Shown: positions 11,387-23,100 of the stretch, piece by piece
Numbering within the stretch: position 1 is the first letter of the stretch
Layout: the number at the start of each line of letters is the position of its first letter
From: Azolla caroliniana
Lineage: Eukaryota; Plantae; Polypodiophyta
DNA length: 64,000 nt
Reading direction: 5' to 3'
Assembly: GCA_043228905.1 (NCBI GenBank)
Contig: JBHGNT010000013.1
Span: forward strand, 9,982,001 to 10,046,000
Program-made: the position numbers and the translations under genes
Notes under the pieces: generated by a model
Databases searched by the model: none
What the model was told of the DNA's origin: nothing
Seen by the model: the letters and a program-made list of their open reading frames with translations, nothing else

Positions 11387-14300
11387 TTATGACACTATCC
11401 CCCCTTTAAAACGACGAGTTCCACGAGTCGTTTTGGATTGAGGACCCGGTTTCTCAGGATATCGTCGATGGAAGTCTTCTAGAAGAGCACGAGCATTGGT
11501 CACATTCTCGATCGGTTCCCAAGTACGCTCGCTGGGATTATATCCTAGCCAATCGACTAGATAGTAGAGCTTGTTGCGAACAATCTTGGAATCGAGGATG
11601 GCAGCGACCTCATACTCAGGTCCATCTTCGAGCTCGATAGGAGGTGGTGGTTGTATAGTACGTCCTGGGATAGTGCTCTCGTGATAGGGTTCGAGGAGAG
11701 AACTATGAAACACCGGATGTATCCGAAGTTGCGGAGGTAGCTCGAGACGAAAAGCGACATCATTAATCTTCCCGATAATACGGAAAGGACCTAATCGCCG
11801 ATAATCCAACTTCTCACATGGGCGAGTAGTCTTGATGTGTCGTCGTAGCAGCCACACCCGATCTCCAATGTTAAAACTGGATGGAAGTCGATGACGATCT
11901 GCGTAGTCCTTGTGTGATTGTTGAGCTTGCTGGAGTTGAGTAGATAAATCCGCTTGTATCTTGCGTAACCGCTCCAAACGATCCTCCGCGCAAGGATTTG
12001 TGGACACTTCTGGGGTTTCAAGGACACACCACCGGGGATGATATCCCGTATAAGCGTAGAATGGCGTGACTTTAGTCGATGCGTGGATAGCGTTATTATA
12101 GGCAAATTCGGCGAACTGAAGAATATCTGCCCAGTCATTCTGATGATAGTTGAGAAAGCACCGCAGATACTGCTCCAGTGTTTGATTTGTTCGTTCGGCT
12201 TGACCGTCGGTTTGTGGGTGGTAACCGGAGGAGAGGTTACAAGTGACCTTCAGCATTTTAAAAAGGTGCTTCCAGAATTTTGACACAAACTGGGGTCCAC
12301 GATCGCTGATGATATTATCAGGGAGTCCATGATGCCGACATACTTCCCGCATGACAATTTCGGCGGTGTCTTCACTAGATATTTCTTTAGTACATGGTAA
12401 GAAATGAGCCATCTTCGTATATCGATCCACCACTGTGAGAATCGCACTGAATCCCTTAGAGACTGGAAGATCTGTAATGAAGTCAAGAGCAATGGATTGC
12501 CATGGCTTGCTTGGAATTGGTAATGGTTCTAATAAACCATATGGATGATGTCTTGGCATTTTCGCTCTGCAGCATGTATCGCAAGTCCGAACAAAATCTT
12601 CGACAAATTGTCGCATACGGGGCCACCAGAATGATCGTTGTACTAAATCTAATGTTTTAGTACTACCAAAATGTCCTGCTGTATATGTGTCATGGCAGTT
12701 TTGTACTACTCGAAGGCGGCAAGAACCATTAGGAACATACAAAAGTTCTTTAAAGAAGAGTAATCCATCACAGTATTTGAATTGCCGATAATCCGTACCT
12801 GGTGATTGTGATTGTGAACATGACGCTCGAGAGGGGTCAATTTGTGCTAGTATAGCTTGGGCGAAAGCGTCAGTCTTCAAGTCCTCACGTATAGTATTGG
12901 TAATGTCGGAATCCACGGGCATGTCAAAGACCTGTGCTGCTTGCAGTCGTGCTGGACCCAAGATTACTTGTTTCTGGTTATCGAAAGCTGGCTCACCGGG
13001 ACGTGGTGTTAGATACGAACGTCGTGATAATGCATCTGCCTTCCCTTGGTGCTTCCCCGGACGATATGTAATTTTGAAGTCGAAGCGTGTGAGGAAGTGG
13101 GCCCACCGAGCTTGACGTCGATTCAGTACACGAGCATCTTGAAAGTAGGCAAGGTTCTTGTGGTCACGGAATACAGTGACCTGATGAGGAGATCCCTCCA
13201 GGAAATGCCTCCATTGCATAAAAGAATCAACTATTGCTAATAGCTCTTTATCATGAATTTCGTAGTTGATTTCGGCGGCGTCAAACTTACGGGAGTGGAA
13301 AGCCACAGGATGTAGCTTCTCGTCGTTACCCTGTTGTGACAGAATGCTCCCCAATGCGAAATCCGATGCGTCAGCTTCGATAATGAATGGTTTTTCCGGA
13401 TCCACATGACCTAAAATTGGAGCTGATGTAAACGCCTTCTTAAGACTCTCGAAAGCCATGTCCGTCTCTTTAGACCAAATGAATGATTGTCCCTTCCTGG
13501 TGAGCTGTGTGAGAGGCAGCACGATTTTTGAGTAATTTTGTATGAACTTCCGGTAAAAATTTGCAAAGCCTAGGAAGCATTGCACATCCCGCACCGAACG
13601 CGGAGTGTGCCATTCTATCACCGTTTTGACCTTGGCTGGGTCCATAGATATGCCTTCTGAGGAGATGACATAGCCGAGAAATTCCACTTGGTTGCACCCG
13701 AAACTACATTTCTCTAACTTTGCATACAGACCATGTTCTCGAAGTCGTTTTAGTACTAATAGTACATGAGAATCATGTTCTTCTTGGGTCTTTGAATAAA
13801 CCAGTAGATCATCCAAATAGATGATCAAAAAATCATCCAAGAGATCTCGAAATATATCATTCGCCATGTGCTGGAAGACTGCCGGCGCATTAGTGAGTCC
13901 GAACGGCATGACCGTATACTCGAAGTGCCCATATCTGGTGCGAAACGCGGTCTTCCATTCATCTCCTGGTCGGATCCGTACGAGGTTATAGGCTCCTCGT
14001 AAGTCGATCTTCGTGAAGAACCTGGCACCGTTGATCCGTTCTAAAAGACTTGAGATAAGGGGAAGAGCATACCTATTTCTTACTGTGACCTTATTCAAGC
14101 CACGGTAATCTACAACGAGTCGAAGCGAGCCATCTTTTTTCTTGACGAAGAAAATGGGTGCGCCGGCTGGAGATTTCGAATGCCGAATGAAACCGTTCTC
14201 CAAATTCTCCTCTATATAAGCTCGAAGGACTTCTAGCTCGGTTGGTGACAAATTGTAGATCGGCCCCCATGGCGGCTCTTTTCCCGGTTGTAAGTCGATG

Positions 14301-14944
14301 GCGCAATCGTACGGCCGATGATGAGGAAGTGTGTTGGCTTGTACTTTATCGAACACATCAGCATACTGACGATACTTCTCGGGAAGTTGAACGGTGGACT
14401 CCTCTTTGGTGGTGCTGGAGGGTTGTACTGATATTGCGAAGAGAAACATTTCCTCCTTGCGCCCTTCCTCACGCAACTGACGTAGCGAAATGGTTGCAAC
14501 CTTCTGGGTAGATCCTTGGGTTTGTCGCAACCGGATTTCCCTTGTCTTCCAATCTATGTCTGGGTTATGTAACTCGAACCATGGTAATCCTAAAACTATG
14601 GGATGTTCTGGAATACTAATAATATTAAATGATACTACACATGTTAAGTTATCTAGGACAATATTAACGGGTTCCGACTCTTCTATGATATTACCAGAAG
14701 CAATGGGACGACCATCAATGACTACTACTGAGGCTGGACATGGGAGCTTTCTGAGAGATATCTGATGAGCTCGGGCAAAATTCCTATCCATGAAGCAAGA
14801 ATTAGCTCCGGAATCTAGAAGGGCTAAGGTATGTACTGGAGGGGTACTTTTAGTACTAACTGCTACTTGGGCTACGAACACATCACTAACTTGCTTAGAG
14901 GGAATGGAACCACTAATGGGCTGCACAGATCTAGGGCTGTCCAA
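11387..14944 (-). CDS. Pol of chromovirus C: protease-RT-RNaseH-integrase-chromodomain
   Basis: Uninterrupted 1185 aa ORF: LLDSGA, YLDD, DASDF, HHCC zinc motif, SDRG...ERTN, GPF module, C-terminal chromodomain EYEVAAILD...YLVDWLGY...TWEP. Confidence 0.96.
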   Translation of the reverse strand: MDSPRSVQPISGSIPSKQVSDVFVAQVAVSTKSTPPVHTLALLDSGANSCFMDRNFARAHQISLRKLPCPASVVVIDGRPIASGNIIEESEPVNIVLDNLTCVVSFNIISIPEHPIVLGLPWFELHNPDIDWKTREIRLRQTQGSTQKVATISLRQLREEGRKEEMFLFAISVQPSSTTKEESTVQLPEKYRQYADVFDKVQANTLPHHRPYDCAIDLQPGKEPPWGPIYNLSPTELEVLRAYIEENLENGFIRHSKSPAGAPIFFVKKKDGSLRLVVDYRGLNKVTVRNRYALPLISSLLERINGARFFTKIDLRGAYNLVRIRPGDEWKTAFRTRYGHFEYTVMPFGLTNAPAVFQHMANDIFRDLLDDFLIIYLDDLLVYSKTQEEHDSHVLLVLKRLREHGLYAKLEKCSFGCNQVEFLGYVISSEGISMDPAKVKTVIEWHTPRSVRDVQCFLGFANFYRKFIQNYSKIVLPLTQLTRKGQSFIWSKETDMAFESLKKAFTSAPILGHVDPEKPFIIEADASDFALGSILSQQGNDEKLHPVAFHSRKFDAAEINYEIHDKELLAIVDSFMQWRHFLEGSPHQVTVFRDHKNLAYFQDARVLNRRQARWAHFLTRFDFKITYRPGKHQGKADALSRRSYLTPRPGEPAFDNQKQVILGPARLQAAQVFDMPVDSDITNTIREDLKTDAFAQAILAQIDPSRASCSQSQSPGTDYRQFKYCDGLLFFKELLYVPNGSCRLRVVQNCHDTYTAGHFGSTKTLDLVQRSFWWPRMRQFVEDFVRTCDTCCRAKMPRHHPYGLLEPLPIPSKPWQSIALDFITDLPVSKGFSAILTVVDRYTKMAHFLPCTKEISSEDTAEIVMREVCRHHGLPDNIISDRGPQFVSKFWKHLFKMLKVTCNLSSGYHPQTDGQAERTNQTLEQYLRCFLNYHQNDWADILQFAEFAYNNAIHASTKVTPFYAYTGYHPRWCVLETPEVSTNPCAEDRLERLRKIQADLSTQLQQAQQSHKDYADRHRLPSSFNIGDRVWLLRRHIKTTRPCEKLDYRRLGPFRIIGKINDVAFRLELPPQLRIHPVFHSSLLEPYHESTIPGRTIQPPPPIELEDGPEYEVAAILDSKIVRNKLYYLVDWLGYNPSERTWEPIENVTNARALLEDFHRRYPEKPGPQSKTTRGTRRFKGGIVS

Positions 14945-15040
14945 CCAAACGGCTCCTATTTTGGCTGGACTTAGTCGTTTAACTTTTCTTCTAATTGGCT
15001 AAGGACATCAAATTTGTTTGCGAGATTCGGACTATTAGTA

Positions 15041-16114
15041 CTATTGCGAGATTCCTACTGAAATAGACTCGGGTTTAGTATAGTCAGAACTAACAACGAC
15101 TTGGTTTACCTGCCTTCTTGGTCTATGGGGACAATTTATCGCGATATGCCCTGGTCCACCGCAATAAAGGCATAATCGGTTTGTTCGGCGTCGTTGCTTT
15201 TCCTCCTCCGATAGCGGCCCACGACGACGTGTAGTGTCAATTTCCATTGGAGTTGGAGTACTTACTGGAGGCGCATTATGTGACTCCCTTTGAAAAGGTT
15301 TCGCTACCACTGAGGCATAGGTAGGCTCGGATCTTGCCCTCGGCATCTGAAATTGTCGTTCCGAACGTCGCTCGAAGAGGCGGTTGTCACATCTGACCGC
15401 TCGACTGATTGCTTCTGTTAATGATTTTGGCTCTTCAGGGAAAGTCAAGAGTAAATCCTTGACATCGTTGCGTAGACCATAGCGGAACTGCTCCATCAAT
15501 GCTTGATCATCCCAGGGGATATCAGCGGCGAGTAGGCGGAAATCTGCAGCATATGCGGAGGCTGGACGGTCACCCTGGCGTAATCGCCGGATTTTGTTGA
15601 TTGCAGTCCTTATGCTGTCAGTATCTCCAAAACATGCTTTAAACTCACTTATGAATTCTTCAAAATTATTTAGTACTGGAGATTCCTTTTCTAGTAACGG
15701 AGCGAACCATGCTAATGCTGAGCCATTTAACAACGTGCCTACTAAACCCACTCGTGATGCATCGGTGGGATATCGGGACGGATGCATTTGAATAACTAAC
15801 CGTACCTGGTTAAGAAACCCTCTAAACTGCGATCGCGTTCCATCGAACTTCGTGGGAAGGCCAATCTTGGGTTCTTTATGAATCCCTTGTGCTCCGTGCC
15901 CTTGTTGTTGCATTGCTACGATGGTTGCTTCGAGTTGTTGCACGCGTAACGCAAGTTCCCCATGCTGTTGTTGCGTTTGCTGCTTTTCTAAGGAAATTTG
16001 CTGAAGATCCCCCAACAAGCGTTGATTTTCTTGTTCCAAAGCATGAAACTTCTCTTTCAAGCATTGAAATTCCGAGAAAACGGATTGATACTCTTCAGCG
16101 CTAACGGTGGCCAT
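15041..16114 (-). CDS. Gag of chromovirus C
   Basis: 357 aa: Q-rich coiled-coil N-terminus, PTKFDG capsid-like motif, PMEID, CCHC knuckle CLYCGGPGHIAINC. Confidence 0.92.
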   Translation of the reverse strand: MATVSAEEYQSVFSEFQCLKEKFHALEQENQRLLGDLQQISLEKQQTQQQHGELALRVQQLEATIVAMQQQGHGAQGIHKEPKIGLPTKFDGTRSQFRGFLNQVRLVIQMHPSRYPTDASRVGLVGTLLNGSALAWFAPLLEKESPVLNNFEEFISEFKACFGDTDSIRTAINKIRRLRQGDRPASAYAADFRLLAADIPWDDQALMEQFRYGLRNDVKDLLLTFPEEPKSLTEAISRAVRCDNRLFERRSERQFQMPRARSEPTYASVVAKPFQRESHNAPPVSTPTPMEIDTTRRRGPLSEEEKQRRRTNRLCLYCGGPGHIAINCPHRPRRQVNQVVVSSDYTKPESISVGISQ

Positions 16115-16202
16115 GGGATGAAGGAAAAGGGAAATAAGAGACTAGTAGGAAAGGAGGGAGACAGAAGGAAGAGGGAGAGAAAAGACCAGACAGGCACCCA
16201 GA

Positions 16203-16214
16203 AAATCGGTTCAA
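16203..16214 (-). promoter_or_regulatory. Putative self-priming PBS of C
   Basis: Minus-strand TTGAACCGATTT, 2 nt after the 5' LTR, is the exact complement of AAATCGGTTCAA inside the LTR (16463-16474), which lies about 33 nt downstream of a TATAAAAG box (16500-16507). Confidence 0.8.
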
Positions 16215-16349
16215 ACTGTCAGGAACTCTATTAAGGCAGAGAAGGAATTAGTACTAAAAGAAGGATTAGTACTATTGTTGGGGAATAGTACTAAGACAGA
16301 GAAGGATTAGTACTATGAGAGGTGTCGAACTTTGAGAGAAGGAATGAGT

Positions 16350-16393
<44 letters not shown>

Positions 16394-19300
16394 TGATGCG
16401 AAAGATATATGTATTATATGAAGGAAGATATACAACAGTAGTTAGAAGGCTTAAGACTGGCGTTGAACCGATTTGGTTCGAACTAATACCTTGCGCCTCC
16501 TTTTATAGTATCTTCAGGAATACTCCTGAAGTTTCTAGAATGTTCCAGAGAAATCTGGAATATACATCAATTTCCCAATAAAACCTAAATGAAAATAATA
16601 TCCTTCAAATTACAATTCATAACCTAATGGTAAAGTCTCGACCCGTGTAACAAAAGGTTATGGGTTCGAGTCTAGTTATGACAGATTCTGTCCGTACATA
16701 AGCTCTGCCGGCATGAACCCGGTTACCGAACTGTGTGTAGTTCGGTCCGCCCATAAGGCATAAAGTAGTAGTCGTGGCCAGTTCCCGACTTGGCCCCCGC
16801 ACGCCCGTACTAGCGCTTTGACTACCGGCCCGTGTCCGCGCTCCACCTTCCCGTTAGCCTCCGGATTGTACGCTGTGGTGAGCGAGAGTTTGACCCCTAG
16901 CCGGTCAAACAACTCTTCGGCCTCTTGCGCGTCCAACTTTCCGCGGTCAGAAACGATCTTCCCTACGCTCCCGTACCGACATATCACGTCCTCGATCAGG
17001 AACCAGCACACAGTCGCGGTCGTTTTGTTCTGCAATGCTCGGCCTTCAACCTGGTTCGTCATATCCTCCCGAGCCAGCACCAGATACCGCATCTGTCCTA
17101 CCCCCATCGGCATTGTCGGACTATGGAGTGCATTTGACAGCTTTCGCAAGTTGTCACTAACCGATGCACCTCCCGGTACAGTCCCGGCCACCAGTACTTT
17201 CCCTTTAGCTTCTCAAACGTGGCCCATGTCCTGCGGTGTCCGGCCCAGGGACTCTCGTGGTATGCCGACAACAACTCTCCCTCCTCCTCTTTCTTTGCCA
17301 CCACTTGAAGCGGGATGCCATCCCTTTTCTTCGGGTGCTTCCATATGTACCCGTCTCGTAGGAAGAATCGGTACGCTTTCTTCCGGATCCTGTTGGTCTC
17401 TTCCTTCGTCCACACCGCGTCCAGTGTCATTGTTCTTAGGAACTTGCCGATCTGGAGCCACCCCCCGTCATACTTGCTCTCGTCGAAGTCGTTAAGCGCC
17501 GGAGTGCTTCCCTTTCCGGTTGTTACGTAAGCCGCCTCGAAGAAGTCTACGCCGACTTCCTCGTCCTCCGAAACCATGTCGTCCTCGTTTTCGAACCTTG
17601 CTCTTCAGAGCATGTTGGCCATGGCGTTGTCTTTTCCGGAAATGTGTCGTATCTCCGGATTCAGGGACTTGATGTACGCTATCCACCTGAGCATCGCCAG
17701 GTCCGGCGTCGCGCATCCGGAAACCATGCCGAGAATCGGAAGGCAGTCCGTCTCGATTATTACTTCTGTCCCGATCAGGTAGTCTTTATCGGCCTTCACC
17801 GCCGAAACGATACCCCAGAGTTCGCGTTTAACCTGGGCGTATCCTCGCTGTCGCTCACTGAGGACCTTCGCGCCGAACCAGATGGGGAACCTCGTGCCAA
17901 CGTCATCCTCTTGGTTGATCACCCATCCGATCCCGGTCGGGCTCGTGTCTACGGTTACGTAAATCGGAGTGTCTCTGTCGTACACAGCCTTTCGAAGCGC
18001 CGGTGCCGTGGCAAGTGCTTCCTTCATCTTTCGGACTGACTCTGTATGCTCGTCTCCCCATTCGAATTTACGCCCTTTCTTCAACAACCCATACAGCGGC
18101 TCCGCGACGTGGGCGTAATGCGGGACCAGATATGGTAGAACGTGCATGCTCCCAAGAATCTCTGAACCTCCGTAACCGAATTGCAGTCATGCTTCATCAC
18201 GGAGATGGCTTCCACCTTGGCCGGAGATGGTTTCCTACCGTACGGCCCGCATAGGTGTCCGACGACCATGATCTCTGATTGCCCGAAGGCCGATTTTTCC
18301 CCAGAGAAGGTGAGCCTCGTGCCTTCTAGTCTCTGCAGCACCTTCTCGCAGTCATCGATGTCAGTTGCCACGAAATTCCAGCATCCGTCTGGTCCGATTG
18401 TCTCGTCCCTTTCCTCCACCAGGCATCCCCTGATCGGGATGTCGTCTAAGAATGGCATGGTGATGTCCGGGATACAATCCCTGAGCACTTTGTTCATTGC
18501 GTTCACCATGTGAGCCACCGAGTTCGTCCCTCCTTGTGGTAGGGTACACATCCGCACTAGGCTGAGAGGAATCCGCATCGTCGTAATGTCCCTGCTCTCC
18601 ATGGCTAGTTGGAACTGATCGTACCCCGAGTACAGATCACCAACAAAGTAAATCGACCTTCCGGCGAAGGCCTCCGCGAACTCGTCTATGGTCGGTCTGA
18701 TTCCTTCATTCCGAATGTTCGTCCCTCCTTGTGGTAGGGTACACATCCGCACTAGGCCGAGAGGAGTCCGCATCGTCGTAATGTCCCTGCTCTCCATGGC
18801 TAGTTGGAGCTGATCGTACCCCGAGTACAGATCACCGACAGAGTAAATCAACCTTTCGGCGAAGGCCTCTGCGAACTCATCTATGGTCGGTCCAATTCCT
18901 GCATTCCGAATGGTCACCTTGTTGACCGACTGCAGGTCTTGAATAAAGCGCAACGTGTCGTTCTTCTTTGGCACCGTAAACCACCGATTCGAATACGGGG
19001 CACTCGACGGTTCGAGGATGCCCATCTCCACCTTTTGCTTCAGGAGCTCCATCAACTTCGGGATGTGAGCTCTCAACACCGGAATCAGCTTGAGATTCCA
19101 CGGTACATGCGGTACCGTGAAGATCACCATCGGTTCGACAATTGTCGGGTCTACGCACCCGATCTCCTTCAGTGAGAATGCGAAAGCCTTCCCGTGCCTC
19201 CCGAGCATTTTCCGAAACCGGTCCTCCTCCGCCGGCAGTAGAAAGCCGCCCCCACCTACCTTGAGCTCCTGTAGCGTTATGTCGGTGAACCGGTGCCCTA

Positions 19301-20133
19301 TGCCAGCCGGATTCCGTAAACTTGGGTCCGACACAACCCCTTTTATCCGCTCCTCGCTGCCCTCCGGCAAGGGTGCCACGATTGGCCTTACCTTCCGGTC
19401 CACAGTCTTGTACTTTGTATCCACGCGGGCTGTCCGACCCGACCCGATCCTTTCCCCGAAGTCCACGATGACTTCGTATATTCCCATCAAACTAACTGGA
19501 ACGATCCGGTCTTCTCTGAGGTCTTTACGATCACCTTTTGTAACTCGCCCAAGGTGTCGTCAAAAGAGACCGCCTCCACAGCACCGTTGATTTCTTCGTT
19601 GGGGGAGAGGACTCCGCATCCCCTGAGCCGCTCCTCCGCCCTCTTCCTTTCCTAGCCGCTGACGCCAGTTATAGTACAACCCCCACTGTCGGAGAACCAA
19701 AATTTCCTACCTATGGTACAAGTCTTCTTCCCTACTGTACACTTGTGGGGTTTTTCCGAGGTGTCCGGACTATCGCGGCCCCACGCCTTGATAGCCCTCT
19801 CTAAAAATCCCCTCGGGTTTCGCCTCCGTCAAGAACTAGACCGAGTGACGCTCGTCCTGGCTCTTAACTCTTGCATAGGCCGAACCGTTGTCCAGCACCT
19901 TCGTCTCCATCCGTGCCGCCGTGATATATGGTTCTCCTAGTATAACCAAATGTGAGGACGTCTCTTGCACGAAGAAGTGCCGGTTGATCTCGACATCACC
20001 AATTTTCACCCGTACGTTCGGCAAAGCTCCATGTAGTTCTTCCGTGACGCGCGTCGCTGCCCGTATTTTCCAGCCGTGTTTGGTGTTGATCGGCCATTTT
20101 CCCCTTTTGTAGAAGTCCATGGACATCAAGTTG

Positions 20134-23100
20134 TGTTGAGCGGTAAGCTCAACCGGAGCCGGATCGGCTGAAGAAGCCGGAGCCGGTAAGCGAGACGGAT
20201 CGGGCGAAACGGATCGGTATGACGGTGAGCAACCGAACCGGCAAGCAGTGGGGGCCAGGTGCAATCCGTAACCGGAAGTCCAATCGGAGGCCTAGTATAG
20301 GATAGACTACTAGGTAGCTATAGTCTCGTAGTAAGTGTCAGATGCTCGTGTGAGCATTGAAGTACATGGTACTTCTGTCAGTCCCAAGAGGACTTGTATA
20401 AATAGTGCTACTTAGCACAGTGTGTATACAGAGTCTTGATATAATTTTGAAATTGTGTTCTGCTCTCTCTCTCTCTCTCTGTCTCTGTCTCTCTCTCTCT
20501 CTGTTGTTCTCTGTTTTACGCTTCCGCAAACACTTACGTTTACATGGTATCAGAGCGCGAGGGTTGAGAACCTCTGCTGCAGACACTTACTCTTGAGAAG
20601 AAAACCCTAACAGGTCGAAAACAGACACAGTAGAAGACATGGATAGAGGCATGGCTACGTCGCTCCCGGTGGAGAAGCTCAACAGGAGCAACTACGCATC
20701 CTGGTCTTACAAGATGCACCAGTACCTTCTTGGACACAGGTACTGGAGTTATGTCGAAGGAGCGAATGATGCGACGCCCGACTCAGCACACAAGGACTTC
20801 CCGGTATGGGAACAAGCGGCAAGCAGGGTGATGTACTGCTTCGCGTCCAGTGTCGGCGATCAGCTGCTCAGCCACATCCCTGACGCCAAGACACCGAAGG
20901 ATGCTTGGGGGAACCTGAAAAAGGTTTTCGCCGCAAGCACCACTGCCCGGAAGCTGCAACTCAAACAGGAGTTGAGCAATGTTCGACAGAAGAACATGTC
21001 CGTGGCAGACTACACGGGCCAGATAAAGGAGATCTGCGACTCGCTCGCCTCTATCAATGTTACCGTAGAGGAAGATGAGATGGTGCAGGTATGTCTCGGA
21101 GGCCTGGCGTCCAAGTTCGGAGTGTTCCGGACTGCGGTGTGTACAAGGGAGAATACCCCCTCATTCTTCGACTTACAGTCGATGCTCCTTGTAGAGGAGA
21201 ACCACGCCGGTGCATCTACTAGTGCATCCCCGGACAGCCGAATGTTGTACACGGGAACGGATCGGCTCCGTGGGCATGGTGGAAGAGGTGGGTCAGCACG
21301 CAATGGAGGCGGCCGGCAAGAGCAGGAACGGAGGCACTATGAGCGTGCCGACAACAGTTTCGGGACTTCCACAAGCAGGGGGAGTCAAGGCGGTGCCGGA
21401 GGCCGGCAAGACAAATCCGCTACGGAATGATGGTATTGTGGCAAAAAAGGCCACAGGGAAAGCGAGTGCTGGAGAAAGCGTGCCGATTCGGACAAATCCA
21501 GATCCGGCAAGACCGGTAAGGATGGCCGGCAAAACTTGCACTACGCAAACGGATCAGGAGGATCAGGAACCGGAAAGGCCGGTAAGGGGCCAGCCTTGGT
21601 GATGAATCACGAGGCAAACTCAATGAAGAAGACCACTTCCAAAACGGAGGAAGTGTGGTATGTTGATTCCGGCGCGTCGAACCACATGACGAGCCACAAA
21701 GAGTGGTTCTCCTTTCTGGAGAAACCGGATCGATCAGGAGTAGTCGAAACCGGAGATGACACTCCTCACCCAATCGTGCACGTCGGAGAAGTCCCTCTAA
21801 GCCACGTCGGACAGAAAGGGAAGTTGATGAACATATTACACGTTCCGACAATCACGAAGAACCTAGTGTCCGTCGATCAGATTGTCGACTAGGGGATGCA
21901 GGTGTGGTTTACGCACCTCGGGTGCTTCATTGAGGATAAGGGCGAAGTCATTGTGCAAGGGCGCAGAGACGGGAGGATGTTTATCCTCAACACCAATGAC
22001 TTTGGCACCGCTCTGTTCGCGAAACAACAGAAGGTCGAGTCGGACATCGACCTGTGGCACAAACGGATAGGCCACGTCAACTACCGGAGGCTTGAAGACC
22101 TGCAAACGAAACAAGTCGTTTTCGGTTTGCCGAAGTTCAGCAGCCGGAGAGCCGAAATTTGTGAAGCCTGCCAACTTGGGAAGCAACACCGGCTTCCATT
22201 CCCCACTGAACGGAACCGGAGCCGTAACAACCTCGATCTCATCCATTCGAATGTGTGGGGACCGGCACAAAGTGTAAGCCTTGGCGGGAGCCGATACTTC
22301 GTCTCCTTCATCAACGACTATACTCGACATACTTGGATCTACCTCATTGAGCGGAAGAGCGAAGTCTTCGACTGTTTCCGGAGCCTCCAGAAGATGGTGG
22401 AACGGGAATCGGAGAGGAATATTTTTCCGGCCAATTCAGTAGTTATCTGCAGCAGAAGGGAATTCGGCGAGAGTTCAGCTGCAGATACACACCGGAGCAA
22501 AACGGTGTGGCCGAAAGGAAGAACCGAACACTCGTCGAAGCGGCAAGAGCAATGCTGGAGGAGAAGAGCATGCCCCGGTTCTACTGGGCGGAGGCGGTCC
22601 GGACGACCGTCTACATACAAAACCGCATTGGTGACAAGGTGTCAGCTCATGAGATGTATTTCGGGCGCAAGCCGAACTTAAGACACCTTCGGATATTCGG
22701 CAGCATAGCGTATGTGCATGTGCCGGATCAGAAGAGCAAAATCGGAAAAATGCATCCTAGTCGGCTATGCTCAAGAGCAAAAGGGGTATAAGTGCTATAA
22801 CCCCCGGACGAAGGAAGTCTGAGTTAGCCGGGATGTCGAGTTCGATGAATTGGCATGGCATCCTGGTACTTCGTACCGACTCCGACTTCCGATCCCGACC
22901 CAATGTCAGAAGATCAGGCCAGTGAGCCTGAATCAGCCCTGGCAGAGGATGATGAAGCTGGGACTCAAGATGAGAGTCCGGAATCGTTACGGTTGAGTGG
23001 ACCGAACGAGCGACTTAGTCAGTTGGACCAGTCGGATGAAGAGACGGCAAGTGGTGGAGACTCTGTCGTGCTCTCCCCGCGCAAGGGACCGAGGAGACGG

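Larger units (their letters stand above)
10932..16683 (-). mobile_element. Very young chromovirus (Tcn1/Tf1-like) LTR retrotransposon C
   Basis: LTRs 10932-11394 and 16217-16683 appear identical except (GA)16 vs (GA)18; TSD GATTC at 10927-10931 and 16684-16688; PPT AAAGGGGGGATAG; inserted in the integrase of B. Confidence 0.97.
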
